Assembly: GCF_004010195.1 (NCBI RefSeq)
Contig: NC_057750.1
Coordinates: 11,383,122-11,447,121 of the forward strand
Reading direction: 5' to 3'
DNA: 64,000 nucleotides
From: Chiloscyllium plagiosum
Taxonomy: Eukaryota
Shown here: one piece after another, positions 62,827 through 64,000 of the stretch
How the letters are laid out: each line of letters opens with the position of its first letter
How positions within the stretch are numbered: the stretch's first letter is position 1
Notes under the pieces: generated by a model
Told to the model about the DNA's origin: nothing
What the model saw: only the letters and a program-made list of their open reading frames with translations
The model's database searches: none
Translations under genes and position numbers: made by a program

Positions 62827-63687
62827 CGATTAGTTTAACTTGGCGTCATGTTTGGCACAACATTGTGGGCCAAAGGGCCTCTTCCTGCGCCATACTGTTC
62901 TATGTTCTATATATTCCTGAGTATCATGAATCATCATGTGATGATTACCGAAGCAAATTGGACAAAACCATGGAGAAACAAAAATGGGTCTGGGCCAACC
63001 TCACAAGTGTTTGGACCGTCAGGCAGTAAATCAGTGGATAATGAGGACTGAGTGTATGCGCCTTGGGTAAGGGTCCTGTCACTGCACCAAATAAAATACG
63101 CAGAACAAAGCATGGCTAGATCCACATGTGTGGATGCACATCCACGTAAGTGTATGTGTTTATCAAGCTAATAAATGACACAAAACAGGAGACATTCAGC
63201 CTATCCTGCCTGTGTATGATCTTTGGTTGAACTATCCAATTAATTTCATCTCTCTGCCCGATCCTCATAACCCTGCAAATCAATTTCTTTCTAACATTGC
63301 TTCCAATTCCTTTTTGAATGTTACAATTGAATCTGCTTTTACTACCCTTTCATTCCAGATAATAATGACACACTGTGAAGTAAAATGTTTTCATGCTATT
63401 ACCTCTGGGCACCGATCCTTCTGCAAACAGTTTCTCATTTGTTCTTATCAAAATCCTTCACCATTAGAATTCTTTAAAATCTCCTCATCTCCTCAGCATT
63501 TGTATCGGAGTGTATGTCCACTAGTTCATTCTGAGTCAGTGTATATCCATGTCTACAATTAAAGTATATGTTTGCACTGTGGGCACATGAACATGTCTAC
63601 ACCATAAATAGAACAATGTTGCTCAAGCAAGACGAATTGCCTGTGGTCTTTTGAGTGACACTAACCTGTTTTATTTTCTCACTGCAG

Positions 63688-63730
63688 GGAGCAAATATTC
63701 TTATCAATGACAATGGAGATGTAAAATTAG
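63688..63730 (+). CDS. MAP4K1: MAP4K kinase coding exon 7 (GANILINDNGDVKL-)
   Basis: Acceptor ttttctcactgcag|GGA, donor TAG|gtgagt; 43 nt, phase 0 to 1; continues HRDIK-GAN, with the DFG exon expected beyond the window. Confidence 0.95.
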
Positions 63731-64000
63731 GTGAGTCAGAAAAATGGACATATGTTGTATTTGATTCTACCTTTCATCAACACTTTCATTAAGGAATAAT
63801 ATGATGCAGATTTAGTAAAGCTCCTTTTACAATGGCCCAACAAACATTCCCTAGATACGTAGAGTATGGGTGAGATACAGAGAAAAGGTCTCTCTTTACT
63901 GTCTGCTCAAACACTCGGGCAGTTACAGGATGGTGTTAGATACAGTAGGACTGTCAGAGTTAGAGATGCAGGTCCCTTTGAGGTTCAAAAAATCATCTGC

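Overview
Eukaryotic, intron-dominated vertebrate DNA, most likely from a shark or other elasmobranch (inferred from HE1-type V-SINEs sharing their 3' tail with HER1/CR1-type LINEs). The only host gene I can support is six short + strand coding exons (58, 91, 65, 56, 48 and 43 nt, all with canonical AG/GT borders and compatible phases). They splice into the N-terminal kinase domain of a GCK-I/STE20 kinase: [120 protein letters not shown]. The best fit is MAP4K1/HPK1, with MAP4K5 or MAP4K3 not excluded. The first coding exon (Gly-rich loop) and the rest of the gene are not in the window, and the ORF track does not show this protein. Most remaining sequence is transposon debris, often nested: many CR1 LINEs, Rex1/Babar and RTE LINE remnants, an internally deleted Gypsy element plus two solo LTRs, tRNA-derived SINEs, Penelope-like elements (PLEs) and a decayed intron-containing Myb/SANT (Harbinger-type) gene. 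The most notable non-obvious structures are minimal hammerhead-ribozyme cores in several PLE-type termini, a set of young fold-back mini-insertions with 14-16 bp target duplications, a 37-bp templated insertion copied from 1 kb away, and short lymphoid-type TF motif clusters in non-repeat intronic DNA. I see no prokaryotic features (no CRISPR, operons, rRNA or genuine tRNA genes) and nothing I can demonstrate to be a new system. Repeat family names come from recognition by eye and repeat boundaries are approximate.
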